64,000 nt of DNA from Candidatus Latescibacterota bacterium (GTDB taxonomy: Bacteria > Latescibacterota > UBA2968 > GCA-2709665). The notes beneath the pieces were generated by a model. The model was given only the letters and a program-made list of their open reading frames with translations, was not told where the DNA came from and did not search any database. Made by a program: the position numbers and the translations under genes. This document shows positions 20,316-30,115 of this stretch, piece after piece. The stretch's first letter is position 1; each line of letters begins with the position of its first letter. Location of the stretch: assembly GCA_963662665.2 (NCBI GenBank), contig CAXXJS010000031.1:1-64000 (forward strand), written 5' to 3'.

Positions 20316-21026
20316 ATGGCCGGGGGAACATTGTCTCGGATTGCGAACATCATTCGGGCGGACGTGGACGACCTGCTGAACCGGATGGAGGATCCGGAAA
20401 AGATGTCGCGCCTGATGATGACGGAGATGGAGAGCGCAGTAAACGATGCCGTTGGCGCCGTGGCCGATGCCAAGGCCAGCCAGCGGCTGCTCGAACGCAG
20501 AGTCACGGCCCGGAGGACGGATGCGGCAGCGTGGGAACGGACGGCCGAGCGGTCCGTTACCCGGGGCGACGACGAACTCGCCCGCCTGGCGCTGGAGAGG
20601 AAGGCCGAGGTAGAGACGGAAGCCGAGGGGCTTGAACAGGCGCTGGACGAAGCGGAGAAGGTGGCCGTCCTACTCGAGCGGCAGTGTGCGCGGTTGAAGG
20701 ACCGGTTCAGAGAGGCGCGGGCGCGGCAGAGAACCCTCATTGTCAGAAGCCGCGCGGTTGGTAGTTGCGTTTCGGCCGCAGGCGCCCCAGTCCGGATTCG
20801 CGAAGAAGCGTTCGAACGATTCGACGCCCTCTGCCAGCGGATCGACCACGAGGAAGCCGCGGCAGAGGCTTATGAGCAGATTGCCGGCGAAGACCCGGAC
20901 CTCGAAGACCGGTGCGAAAAGCTGGCGCGCAAGAAGCGGATTGAAGCGCAGCTTACGTCGATGAAACAGAAGCTGGGCGATGAGGAATCGGATCTACGTG
21001 GGCTACCGGTTGATCGTCCGCGATAA
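20316..21026 (+). CDS. pspA: PspA/IM30-family protein
   Basis: LSRIANIIRADVDDLLNRMEDPEK, GDDELARLALERK, coiled-coil pattern; RBS AAGGAG. Confidence 0.88.
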   Translation: MAGGTLSRIANIIRADVDDLLNRMEDPEKMSRLMMTEMESAVNDAVGAVADAKASQRLLERRVTARRTDAAAWERTAERSVTRGDDELARLALERKAEVETEAEGLEQALDEAEKVAVLLERQCARLKDRFREARARQRTLIVRSRAVGSCVSAAGAPVRIREEAFERFDALCQRIDHEEAAAEAYEQIAGEDPDLEDRCEKLARKKRIEAQLTSMKQKLGDEESDLRGLPVDRPR

Positions 21027-21246
21027 ACATCGAATCGCGTATTGATAGCGGCTAATTTTTCAATGAAGCTGTGCCCTTCCGCAATTCACGCGGATTCGGA
21101 GGGAATTTACAGGTCGATTCCACTTTTTAGACTTACCAGAAAACCGTTGGTACCGATGCTGAAGTTAGGTATTTTAATGCATTGAGTACCGGCGGTTTTT
21201 ACTTCCGGTTCGAGGCTGAACGTGGTATGCCATCCGGAGGACAGGA

Positions 21247-22059
21247 ATGCATATGGAGACAAAAAAAAGCCCGGCGACGCCGGACGACGTGGCATTTTAC
21301 CAGGAAAACGGATTCATAAGATATCCCGGGTTCTTCTCACGCGAGGAGGTGGCGGCGCTGAGGGAGGCGATCGACCAGGCCATTGAGACCAACAGGGAAC
21401 GCATTGTCGGCGCCCCTGGCGGGGGTCGGAGTTCAGAGGCGTACGAGAAGGTCTTCAATCAGATGGTAAACCTCTGGACGGATTTCCCAGACGTGAAAGC
21501 CTATTCTTTCAACCACGCCATGGCCGAAACCGCGCGGCGCCTGACGGGCAGCCGACACGTGCGTATCTATCACGATCACGCCATGGTCAAACCCGGCGGG
21601 ACCGGCAGCCGGGCGACGAACTGGCACCAGGATATGCCCTATTGGCCGATGGCGCCGGACGGAGCGCTCTCGGCCTGGGTGGCGGTGGACGACGTGACGG
21701 TCCAAAACGGGTGCCTTCACTTTGTGCCGGGCTCCCATAAAATGGGCCCTCAGGAGCCGGTTGCGCTCGGGGTGGCGGGTGAGAGCATCGTGAACAAAAT
21801 GTCGGAGAAGGGACACGAGGTGGCCGAACCCGTCGCGATGGAGATGACCGCGGGCGGCTTGACCTTTCATCACGGCTGCAACTTCCATCACGCGGGTGCT
21901 AACCTGACCGACAGGCCGCGCCGGGCATTCGCTGTCATTTACATTCCGGACTACGTCCGGTTTACGGGTGGAAAGGAAGCGGCCGGGGCCGGCGACGAGA
22001 TGGCGGCTGGCGGTCCATGGGAACACCCGCTGCATCCAATTCTCGCGGGTTCGGCGTAA
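21247..22059 (+). CDS. Phytanoyl-CoA dioxygenase (PhyH)-family Fe(II)/2OG oxygenase
   Basis: WHQD, NGCLHFVPGSH, FHHGCNFH..GAN..RR motifs. Confidence 0.9.
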   Translation: MHMETKKSPATPDDVAFYQENGFIRYPGFFSREEVAALREAIDQAIETNRERIVGAPGGGRSSEAYEKVFNQMVNLWTDFPDVKAYSFNHAMAETARRLTGSRHVRIYHDHAMVKPGGTGSRATNWHQDMPYWPMAPDGALSAWVAVDDVTVQNGCLHFVPGSHKMGPQEPVALGVAGESIVNKMSEKGHEVAEPVAMEMTAGGLTFHHGCNFHHAGANLTDRPRRAFAVIYIPDYVRFTGGKEAAGAGDEMAAGGPWEHPLHPILAGSA

Positions 22060-22296
22060 ACGGGAACCACGCTGTTTCCGAAACTAACCTTGATTCGAAA
22101 GTCTTCGGGGAAGTAAAACCGCATATATGCAAGTAGATAAAGGCGATTTGATGGCTGATTACCAGGATACACCAGGTCACTGGACGTGAACTGAAAAAAC
22201 GTCCTTGTTGACGACCGATGCGCCCCGTTTCAGGGGTTTTCGTGTCGTCGCCGAGTTGCTGTTTTTTTCGAATTGGGGCTAAAGGGGCAACGAACG

Positions 22297-23079
22297 ATGT
22301 TGACCGACGCACAGATCTCCGATTTTCACGGCCGGGGGTTCCTCAACGGCGGGCGCCTTTTGGACGACGGCCAGGTTGAGACGCTGCGGCTTGAATTGGA
22401 CCGTGTGATTGAAGACCGGGACCGGCCGGACGTGCCCCAGCCCGTTCACCTGCGCAACCTGAACCGGAACCCGGACACGCCTGTCTGGCAGATTGTCAAT
22501 ATCTGGGCTGCGAGCGACCCCTTTCGCAGACTCACAGGCATGCGAAGGGTCGTGGAGGAGGTCGCGCAGCTTACCGGAGCGGAACGGCTTCGCGTATGGC
22601 ACGATCAGATCCAGTACAAGCCCGCGGAGCGGGGCGGCGTCACCATGTGGCATCAGGACGCGCCGTTATGGCCGATTCTCGCGCCGATGACCGAGGTGAG
22701 CGCATGGGTGGCGCTGGACGACGTGGACGAGTCGAACGGATGCATGAGCATGGTTCCGGGTTCCCACCGTTGGGGGGACCAGATCGACTTCATCCGCTCA
22801 GTCAAGAACTACGAGGACATGCCCGGGCAATGGAACGGGCGCCGCGTGGAAATCGTCAGGTGTCCCGTGAGGAAGGGCGAGGTGCACTACCACCACGCGC
22901 TGACCTGGCACGGATCGCACGCCAATACGAGCGACCGCCCCCGGCGCGCAATCGCCATCCACTATATGACCCACGAGACGCGCTACGTGGCCTCGGGACA
23001 GCACGCCATGAAACCCTACGTGGAGGTGCAGGACGGGGCGCTGATGGAGGGGGAACACTTCCCCGAGGTCTGGCCGTAA
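22297..23079 (+). CDS. PhyH-family Fe(II)/2OG oxygenase
   Basis: WHQD, NGCMSMVPGSH, HHALTWHGSHANTSDRPRRA motifs. Confidence 0.9.
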   Translation: MLTDAQISDFHGRGFLNGGRLLDDGQVETLRLELDRVIEDRDRPDVPQPVHLRNLNRNPDTPVWQIVNIWAASDPFRRLTGMRRVVEEVAQLTGAERLRVWHDQIQYKPAERGGVTMWHQDAPLWPILAPMTEVSAWVALDDVDESNGCMSMVPGSHRWGDQIDFIRSVKNYEDMPGQWNGRRVEIVRCPVRKGEVHYHHALTWHGSHANTSDRPRRAIAIHYMTHETRYVASGQHAMKPYVEVQDGALMEGEHFPEVWP

Positions 23080-23112
23080 TCAGGATGCCCGTCGAAGGGT
23101 CTAAGGTTTACA

Positions 23113-23525
23113 AAGCGTGGTCATTGAGCTTGTCGAAATGCCCGCACTCCAACTCGCTCGTTTCCCGAGCGTTACCCGCGTTTCGCCGTAGCGCAAAATG
23201 GCATTTTACGCATGCTGATTTCGCGCCTGCACCTCATCACCACTCCCCCTCGAGGGAAAGTCGGCAAGCCAAGGGCGCCAGCCCGCAAACGCGCCGGTGG
23301 GGGGACCTCAGCGTGCCCCGAGCCTATCGCCCGTAATCCTTGCTCGGGCCGCACCCTGAGCTTGTCGAAGGGTCGGCGAAGAGCTATAACGCACCCAGCG
23401 GTAGTCAAGCACGGTCACTGAGCTTGTCGAATTGCCCGCGCATCGACTCGCTCGTTTTCGAAAGCGCTTCCCGAGCGTTACCCGCACTTAGACCGTAGCG
23501 CAAAATGACATTTTGCGCACGCTGA
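23113..23525. repeat. Cluster of REP-like elements: two diverged ~105-120 bp direct repeats around a CCCTGAGCTTGTCGAAGGG copy
   Basis: 23113-23218 and 23407-23525 share (C/T)TGAGCTTGTCGAA..ACTCGCTCGTTT..CCCGAGCGTTACCCGC..CCGTAGCGCAAAATG.CATTTT.CGCA.GCTGA; a further core copy lies at 23354. Confidence 0.8.
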
Positions 23526-23895
23526 CAATGCACCTTGACAGCCGCCTCGTCGAAGTCGCCGTTCCAATGCCCGGTAATCCCCACAAATGGCAAGCCAGAA
23601 GACTCCGAGACGTCCAATCGGATTATCGGCGGAACGAGATTGGGCGGCAGATGTACAATTCGTACTGAATGCACGCGGCAATATCCTACGCGAAGGGCCT
23701 CAAGTGCTTTTTGATCTCCACCCAACTGCTACCATCCTACCGACACTCTTTCCAACCTTGTTCTTTCGTGAATTGATACACGGATAGCCTGAAGCAATCC
23801 ATGATTTCTTCCGACCGCCACGTCGAGGGAATCCCTTGCGATCGCCTGCTTCATTAAGAACGTGCGCGTTTCGCCCATTTTCGTAACGAATCTCC

Positions 23896-23936
23896 TTGAC
23901 AAACGACTAAATGTGTAGTATATATGACATATGACA
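23896..23936 (+). promoter_or_regulatory. Sigma-70 promoter predicted to give a leaderless XRE mRNA
   Basis: TTGACA (23896)-17 bp-TATATA (23919); ATG at 23931 with no SD; TATGACA tandem repeat overlaps the start. Confidence 0.6.
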
Positions 23937-24293
23937 CAATCCCAAAGCTTTGGCGACGTTGTCCGTGAACTTCGGGAGGAGCTCCGTCGGGATGACCGCA
24001 GTTTTTCATTGCGCCAGGTGGCACACCGAATTGGAATTGAACCAGCCTACCTGAGCAAGATCGAGCGAGGCGAAGTGCCCCCGCCTTCAGAGGCAACAAC
24101 CGTGCGCCTGGCAAGCGAGCTAGCCCAGGATCCCGACGTGTTCCTGGCCTTAGCGGGAAAGGTGTCTCGAGATCTTCAGGAAATTATCCGAAAGCGACCC
24201 AGGGTGTTCGCGGAGTTGCTCAGGCAATTGAAGGAAGCCCCGGATCACGCCATCCTCCGGGTTGTAAGGGAAGTGCGGGATGGAGACTGGTAG
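23931..24293 (+). CDS. XRE-family HTH transcriptional regulator
   Basis: SLRQVAHRIGIEPAYLSKIERG helix-turn-helix. Confidence 0.88.
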   Translation: MTQSQSFGDVVRELREELRRDDRSFSLRQVAHRIGIEPAYLSKIERGEVPPPSEATTVRLASELAQDPDVFLALAGKVSRDLQEIIRKRPRVFAELLRQLKEAPDHAILRVVREVRDGDW

Positions 24294-24326
24294 CGGCAAC
24301 CGTTAATCCACGAGGAGTGAACGACC

Positions 24327-25355
24327 ATGATTACACTTGAACGAGACACACTTGGGTTTAGGTTTCCGGACGTTCACGAAAACGCAAGTTGTTCCATCGA
24401 GTTCCAGCGCACGTTGCGAATCCCAGATGACGATACAGACTACCCGTTGCCGCCGGGCCTGGGCCCGTTTCCGTTGCGGCATCTGGACGATTATGCGGCT
24501 CGTTTGCCGGAGGAATGGCAGAAGCGAGGAGGCGTGATCGCGCCCATGCATCAGTCAGAAGCGATGTGGATCAACTTCAAGTCCGATTACAGATATCGCG
24601 TTGAACGGAGCTATCCGTTCGCCGTGAAGATAGCAACCGGCAAGATCTGTGCGGTCACGGGTGAATCCTGGAGAAATCATCTGAATAGCGATCCACAGGA
24701 CTACGTCGTCCTGCCGGAACAGCCGTGGCTCGACGGGTACTGTATCGAAAGGGGAGTGATCCGTCAGTTCGTCGCCATGCCTCTCGGTGACGGTTACACG
24801 GTGGAGGAACAACTGACGGGAGCCGCGCAGCACGGAGGGATTCAGATTGTCGCATATCCAATGAAGGCGGATCGTTACGAAGAGTTGATAGCGCCTCCCA
24901 AACCTGTGCAAGACACCCTTGAACTTTCAGATTGCCTTGACCCGGACTTGTGTATGGTATCGGGCAGCATCGGGCTTGCACCCGGCGGTCGAATGAAACA
25001 GGACATCTATGACGATCACTATGGTCTGGACGCCTGGGATCAGCGACAGGCGAGTCGATGCTTCGTCACCATCGTCAATTCCGTCCAGTGGATGGCCGTT
25101 ACCGGCGAAATGCCGCCGACCAGTCCGCCAAATGCGAAGCAATACACCGAGGCGGGCCTGCCGTGGTTCGACTATTACGGCGGCGATGCCGAAGTCATTT
25201 CCGGCGCTGAAAAGCTGTCGGGGACCAAGAGCGTGGCGCAGATTGCCGGAGAGAAGGGCGATGAGTTGTCCGGGAATCAAACCGTCAAGGTGAAAAACGT
25301 CGTCAGGGTGCGTGGTCGTCGCGCGAACCAGGTTAGGGAGTATTCGGATGTTTAA
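24327..25355 (+). CDS. Conserved protein of unknown function (FQRTLRIPDD..YPLPPGLG family)
   Basis: RBS GAGGAG; long ORF with recognisable blocks QSEAMWINF, QDYVVLPEQPWLDG, RQFVAMPLGDGYTVEEQLTG, GLAPGG, YTEAGLPWFDYY. Confidence 0.8.
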   Translation: MITLERDTLGFRFPDVHENASCSIEFQRTLRIPDDDTDYPLPPGLGPFPLRHLDDYAARLPEEWQKRGGVIAPMHQSEAMWINFKSDYRYRVERSYPFAVKIATGKICAVTGESWRNHLNSDPQDYVVLPEQPWLDGYCIERGVIRQFVAMPLGDGYTVEEQLTGAAQHGGIQIVAYPMKADRYEELIAPPKPVQDTLELSDCLDPDLCMVSGSIGLAPGGRMKQDIYDDHYGLDAWDQRQASRCFVTIVNSVQWMAVTGEMPPTSPPNAKQYTEAGLPWFDYYGGDAEVISGAEKLSGTKSVAQIAGEKGDELSGNQTVKVKNVVRVRGRRANQVREYSDV

Positions 25356-25670
25356 GCGATGAATCCCAGCGTTTATATCAGCACCTAACACGTTCAGACA
25401 GCATCGGAATCGAAAATGGACCGGAAAACGGTTATTTTGGCAGCCGGTAATGGCAGGCCAGAAAAATGCGGGACGTCCAGCAACACTATTGGAAGAGTGT
25501 GTTCGAGTGACGCGGCATGCGGCGTATTTACCGGATTTCAATGCACCATCTATGAAGGATAAATGAAGGTACATGACATTTCAAGCACAATGACTCCTAT
25601 CTCGGTTTCGCTGTATTCAGCCGCAACCAAATAGATGGAAGTGAACACCCGAGCCCGTTTGACAGTCCAA

Positions 25671-25759
25671 TCACTCCCCCTTTGAGTGGGAGTCGCAGAA
25701 GCCGAGCCGGTCCCCTGAGCTTGTCGAAGGGCCGGCGTCGGCTGATGCGGTGGGGGGAT
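25671..25759 (+). repeat. Composite REP-like element (CACTCCCCC..GGGAGT hairpin fused to CCCTGAGCTTGTCGAAGGG)
   Basis: Near-identical to the reverse complement of 46715-46802. Confidence 0.8.
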
Positions 25760-25833
25760 TTCAACGCCTTACCGTATGCAAGCAGCATGACTAAACAAGT
25801 ACGCAATTTGCGTAGAACTCACACTGTAAGGTC

Positions 25834-25955
25834 TAAGGAGTCTGTCGGAACACCTCTCTCGCTTCTTTTTTCTAATATATAGTATATTCAAAGGGCCTCA
25901 TTTCAATATATCGTATACCAATCGGCGAAATTTGGGGTTTTCCGACAAACTTCTA
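25834..25955. repeat. Possible MITE remnant with imperfect terminal inverted repeats
   Basis: TAAGGAGTCTGTCGGAACACC at the left end; GGGGTTTTCCGACAAACTTCTA at the right end (reverse complement TAGAAGTTTGTCGGAAAACCCC). Confidence 0.4.
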
Positions 25956-26749
25956 CTATAAATCGAGAAGGGAATTGATACGCCATGCAGAGCATGTGCC
26001 CAGTATGCAAAACCCCATTGACGGATCTCATCGAGAGGCCAGAGCATTTGGACGCGAATCAATACTCCTGCCCGCGTTGTGGCGAATTTCGACTATCCCG
26101 GACATTGGTCACAACATTACGCGGTACTTTGTCCAATGACCATGCCTCAGTGGCAAAAATCAGCCACGCAATTCGATTGATGCAAACAAATAATGAAATT
26201 CCCATGATGGCTACAAATACCGTTGACGAGATACTCAAACGTCCGTTACCGACCCCGACTGAGCAGGCCGATCTACTTATTCGATGGATCGCAGAGAACA
26301 TCGATGGGCCCGGCGAGACCGTTCAAGTAGACCCACTAAGGCACGGTGCGATCATAGGATCGAAATCAAAACAAGGATTCCTGTTTGTACTCCGCCATCT
26401 AGGGAATGCGAAACTCGTGCCCGGAGATCCTACCGCGACAATGGAACACGGCCACCGCGCAAACGTCACTCTCACCTTCAAAGGATGGGAACACTATGAA
26501 ACGCTCCTAAAGGGTCGCGAATCCTATCGGAAAGCGTTTATGGCAATGGCGTTCGGTCATTCCGATCTGGACCGCATAGTCGACGAAGTCTTCCGTGAGG
26601 CAGTCCGGCAAACTGGTTTCGAGCTTCACCGGCTTGATGACTCCCCTCGCGCCGGACTCATTGATGACCGCTTACGCATTGAGATTCAGTCGGCCGATTT
26701 TGTAATCGCGGACCTTACTCACGACAATCTCGGCGCGTATTGGGAGGCC

Positions 26750-28175
26750 GGGCAAGTACTATTTTCAGTTGAAAAAGGAGAGGCGTTTAGTCAGCGGCGT
26801 AGGCCTCTTGAGAGTCATGATCAAGGTTGAGATGTTTGCGTAGGGCAAGTCTGAGTGTGGGAAGGAATCGGTATCCTTTGATTCTCCGCAAACGGGGCTG
26901 TATATCCAACAGCGCGGCTGCCAACCACCGATATCGCTGATCGGAGTTGTTCCATCGCTTTACGTTCCGTGTGCGCTGTGCGACCATGGCGTTGAGTGAT
27001 TCGATACAGTTGGTGGTGCGGAACGACTGTTTGAGGTGCGGCATGAGTCCAAGGCGATGCAGGGTGAGGGTTTCTTCGAGCCCTTCCTCAAGGCTGTTCA
27101 GTGCCGATGCATTCATCAGCGCCAGGGAGGGCTTGAGGGTCTTCAGCGCGGCTTTGGCGTCTGTGTAGGTCTCCTTGTCGTAAGCATCGTGGAGGGCCTT
27201 TCTGACCTCGTCCTGCTGTGATTTGGGCAGATAGGCGATCACATTCTCCCGTTTGTGCCACTGACAGCGTTGGATTGCCACATATCCGGAGAGGGCCTTG
27301 GTGAGGGCGGCCCGCAATCCCCTGGAGCCGTCGATGAGGCACAGCAGCCCCTGTTGATACTGCAATCCGCGATCGATGAGGGCATCCACGAACTGGCGGC
27401 ACACGCGCTCGTTTTCACTGGCGGCCTGCACGAACCCCAGCGGGATCTTGTGCCCGTCGATGGTCACGCCAAGGGCGATGATCATTTCCTGATCGGCAAA
27501 GGTCTTGCCATCCATAAACAGACCCACCAGGTCATCGCCCGCAAGCGACCGTTCTTGAAACTGTCTCAGCTTGGCCGCCGATGCCTTAATGAACCGCCTG
27601 GAGACACTCGAAGAAGACAAACCAAACGCCTCGGGTACCGCTTCTGCGCAACCTTCATACGAACGCGTGGCAATGCCGCTGACGACGCGCAGCAGCAACC
27701 CTTCGTCCATGTGTCTGGGGCGCTGCAAGCGATGATACACCTCGAGAGGAACTTCCTCATTGGCTTCCACGTCGCGAACCCTGGGCACCGCAACAGGCAC
27801 CTTTTGGTCCGACAGATACACCGATCCCGATTGCGCGCCCCACCGGCGATTCGGAGTCTTGCCCGCTTTGCGAGTGTATCTCTGGCCCGTCAACGCGGCG
27901 ACCTCATTCTGCAGGATTTCTTCCACGGCGTCCAAGCCCAGCGGGATCAGCGACTGGATCAATGCGACCCGGACGTCAACATCCTCCAGCGCACCTGCGG
28001 GGACCGCCCCGGACCTCACACCACCATCTGTGCTCAACTTGACTTCACGGGACTTCGATGTTACCTTGCGCATCACAGGCTCCTTTCGTATGAGGATACA
28101 GTCTTCTTCCACGAGATTACCGTATCCAATTTACATCGGAGCCTCTTCTATTTCAACTAAGGTAGGCACACTCCC
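26750..28175 (-). mobile_element. Complete IS256-family insertion sequence (1426 bp)
   Basis: 8-bp TSD GGGAGGCC (26742-49 and 28176-83); imperfect ~35-bp IRs beginning GGG and sharing AGTTGAAA.AG.AGAGGC. Confidence 0.93.
26787..28073 (-). CDS. IS256-family (mutator-type) DDE transposase
   Basis: LFMDGK, LIDGSRGL, QRCQWHK, RTTNCIESLN motifs; RBS AAGGAG before ATG 28073. Confidence 0.95.
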   Translation of the reverse strand: MRKVTSKSREVKLSTDGGVRSGAVPAGALEDVDVRVALIQSLIPLGLDAVEEILQNEVAALTGQRYTRKAGKTPNRRWGAQSGSVYLSDQKVPVAVPRVRDVEANEEVPLEVYHRLQRPRHMDEGLLLRVVSGIATRSYEGCAEAVPEAFGLSSSSVSRRFIKASAAKLRQFQERSLAGDDLVGLFMDGKTFADQEMIIALGVTIDGHKIPLGFVQAASENERVCRQFVDALIDRGLQYQQGLLCLIDGSRGLRAALTKALSGYVAIQRCQWHKRENVIAYLPKSQQDEVRKALHDAYDKETYTDAKAALKTLKPSLALMNASALNSLEEGLEETLTLHRLGLMPHLKQSFRTTNCIESLNAMVAQRTRNVKRWNNSDQRYRWLAAALLDIQPRLRRIKGYRFLPTLRLALRKHLNLDHDSQEAYAAD

Positions 28176-28496
28176 GGGAGGCCGGCTACGCGGAAGGACT
28201 TGGAAAGCCTGTGATATATACTTGCGAAGAAACGAAATTTACCAGCGAGAAGACTCATTTCGATACGAATCATCACCTGACAGTCACATGGGATAAAGGT
28301 GCGCCTAAAGGCTCAGCAGAAGACCTAAAAGCGACCATCCGGGCGACCCTTCCAGAACTCGCCAAACAACAGGACGAATGAAGAACCAATCCTGTACTAT
28401 TCCGTGACCCAACTCACAGCAACTCCAAATCTGAGTAAAATCATCATAGCGGAATAAATCGTCGCAGCAGTTACCGCCTTTTTTTGGAAGTATTCT

Positions 28497-28988
28497 GTGT
28501 CGAGGGCATTGGGAATCAAAATGGACGCGAGCTTCTGGATGCTTCCCGTGATGAAGGCGTTCCCGTTAGGGTATGAGATGCGGTTTACCGAGGTGACTCC
28601 TTGCATGGGCATGGAGCTTTTGCTAGGGAAAAAATGGTCCGACTTCGATGCGAGCATTGCCAGGGCCGTTCCGATCATGCGTAAAGAGTGCCGGGAAACG
28701 CTCTTACCGACAGGATTTCGGGACGCTATTACGCCGCCCTGGAAGGTCTTGTTTACTGTATCCACATACTTGGGTTGTGCGGTAGCAGTTGGATGCATGT
28801 GGTGGCACCTTGGATGGGCGGTCGCTCTTGGTGGGGTGACAATCATCTTCGTCGGCACCAAGATAGCCCAACTTATACTGCCGAAACCAACAGGAACTCA
28901 CTATAGGCGATTAATCATACATTCGATGATTTCACGCTACGCCGACTATACTCGTGACGGGGATTGGACACGGCGAACGCGATGCTAA
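28497..28988 (+). CDS. Hypothetical membrane protein, possibly degenerate at the C-terminus
   Basis: Two hydrophobic segments after GFRDAITPPW; a plausible tail (ANAMLNLLTKAG..) continues in another frame to about 29044. Start uncertain. Confidence 0.45.
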   Translation: MSRALGIKMDASFWMLPVMKAFPLGYEMRFTEVTPCMGMELLLGKKWSDFDASIARAVPIMRKECRETLLPTGFRDAITPPWKVLFTVSTYLGCAVAVGCMWWHLGWAVALGGVTIIFVGTKIAQLILPKPTGTHYRRLIIHSMISRYADYTRDGDWTRRTRC

Positions 28989-29201
28989 ATCTACTCACAA
29001 AAGCTGGAATGGACGTTGAAGCCCTTGAAGGACTGTCAGATTAGCCAATGTATCGTTCAAATGAAGGTGAGACGAAATTGCGATCCGCAGAAGTGAGATT
29101 TCGCGTTGAGCCAACTTCTCTTTGATGGTCGCATGCAATTGACCTTTTCCTTTCCGTCTATTTTACGACCGGAAAGTGAATATGACGTCAGGAGGAACGA
29201 C

Positions 29202-29720
29202 ATGTCAAAACGCCAGATAGCTTTAATAGCAGCCGGGCTTATCGTCTTGGTTGTTGCGATCAATGTGGCATTTCTGTATCGGAAAGGAGATGAGATCGCC
29301 GGAGTCTTCACGACTAAATTAAACACGCAACACCATGAGGAAGAACGTGGGGTGTTCGGAAACGGTGTAGAGTTGACAAAGTTCCTGTGGCGATTTGTGT
29401 CCGACAGAGAACTATTCGGCAAAGTAGCCGAACGTCGACGACAATCGGGCATGCATATTGTCCAGGGTGCATACAAGATGGTCTGGAAGAACAGCACAAT
29501 TCAAAAGTTCAGGATAGAATATCAACTAGGTTTAGTGGATTCTAGGGGTCTGGAGCTTGTACGGGTTCAGCCGCGTGAGATAGTTCTCCTACCGTCTACA
29601 GAAAAAGAGTTGGACGGCATTTTTACTATCAAAGTAGACGATATTTCTGTCGCCAATATGGCAACAGAGATGATTGTTTCTGCATCATTTGAGAATATGA
29701 ACTCGTTTCAGGGACATTAA
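29202..29720 (+). CDS. Hypothetical N-terminally anchored protein
   Basis: RBS AGGAGG, then MSKRQIALIAAGLIVLVVAINVAFL single TM or signal segment. Confidence 0.6.
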   Translation: MSKRQIALIAAGLIVLVVAINVAFLYRKGDEIAGVFTTKLNTQHHEEERGVFGNGVELTKFLWRFVSDRELFGKVAERRRQSGMHIVQGAYKMVWKNSTIQKFRIEYQLGLVDSRGLELVRVQPREIVLLPSTEKELDGIFTIKVDDISVANMATEMIVSASFENMNSFQGH

Positions 29721-30030
29721 CTGTCTTGCCCATTTCGAGATGAGACAGAGGGAATCGCGGTAGACGTAGGGTATCTTCGACGTTTTGACTTCCGAATGGG
29801 TTCGCCAAGCCAACCTGTTACTGTCTCAGACACAATGGGTAACGGGTGGACCAGCTTTCATAGATGAATACCGATGCATTCCCGAAAATGGCAGGCCATG
29901 AAACTTCGAGACATCTGCCCGCGGTAATGGTGGAACGTGTTTGGGTGATAGAAGGGGATGCATCTTATCCATTGTGCGCAGATTTCGGCTTAGAAACAGG
30001 TCGGAAATCACAAACTCAAAAAGAAAACCC

Positions 30031-30099
30031 TTGACACGTAGTTGCAAATGCTATATAATTACGCCATAGACGGCGTAACTTTTCACGCCATAGACGGCG
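30031..30099 (+). promoter_or_regulatory. Consensus sigma-70 promoter with two tandem palindromic operators
   Basis: TTGACA (30031)-17 bp-TATAAT (30054); ACGCCATAGACGGCG at 30061-75 and 30085-99; the first lies within TTACGCC-N6-GGCGTAA. Confidence 0.88.
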
Positions 30100-30115
30100 A
30101 AAGGAGGATGCCACG

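Larger units (their letters stand above)
25985..28381 (+). pseudogene. Zn-finger + TIR-like/nucleoside 2-deoxyribosyltransferase-like protein, interrupted by IS256
   Basis: 25985-26749 joins in frame with 28184-28381 across the TSD to give ...ADFVIADLTHDNLGAYWEA|GYAEGLGKPVIYTC..HFDTNH...QDE* (320 aa). N-terminal CPVC and CPRC. Confidence 0.85.

Noticed and set aside
23113-23525. Possible CRISPR array
   Set aside because: Repeats are diverged, irregularly spaced, recur elsewhere in both orientations, and no cas genes are present.
23587-23787. Short ORFs here and at 29826-30047
   Set aside because: No clear RBS or motifs; they may be gene remnants but cannot be supported.
25985-26830. 281-aa ORF as a complete gene
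   Set aside because: Its last 26 codons are read-through into the IS end; the true C-terminus lies at 28184-28381.
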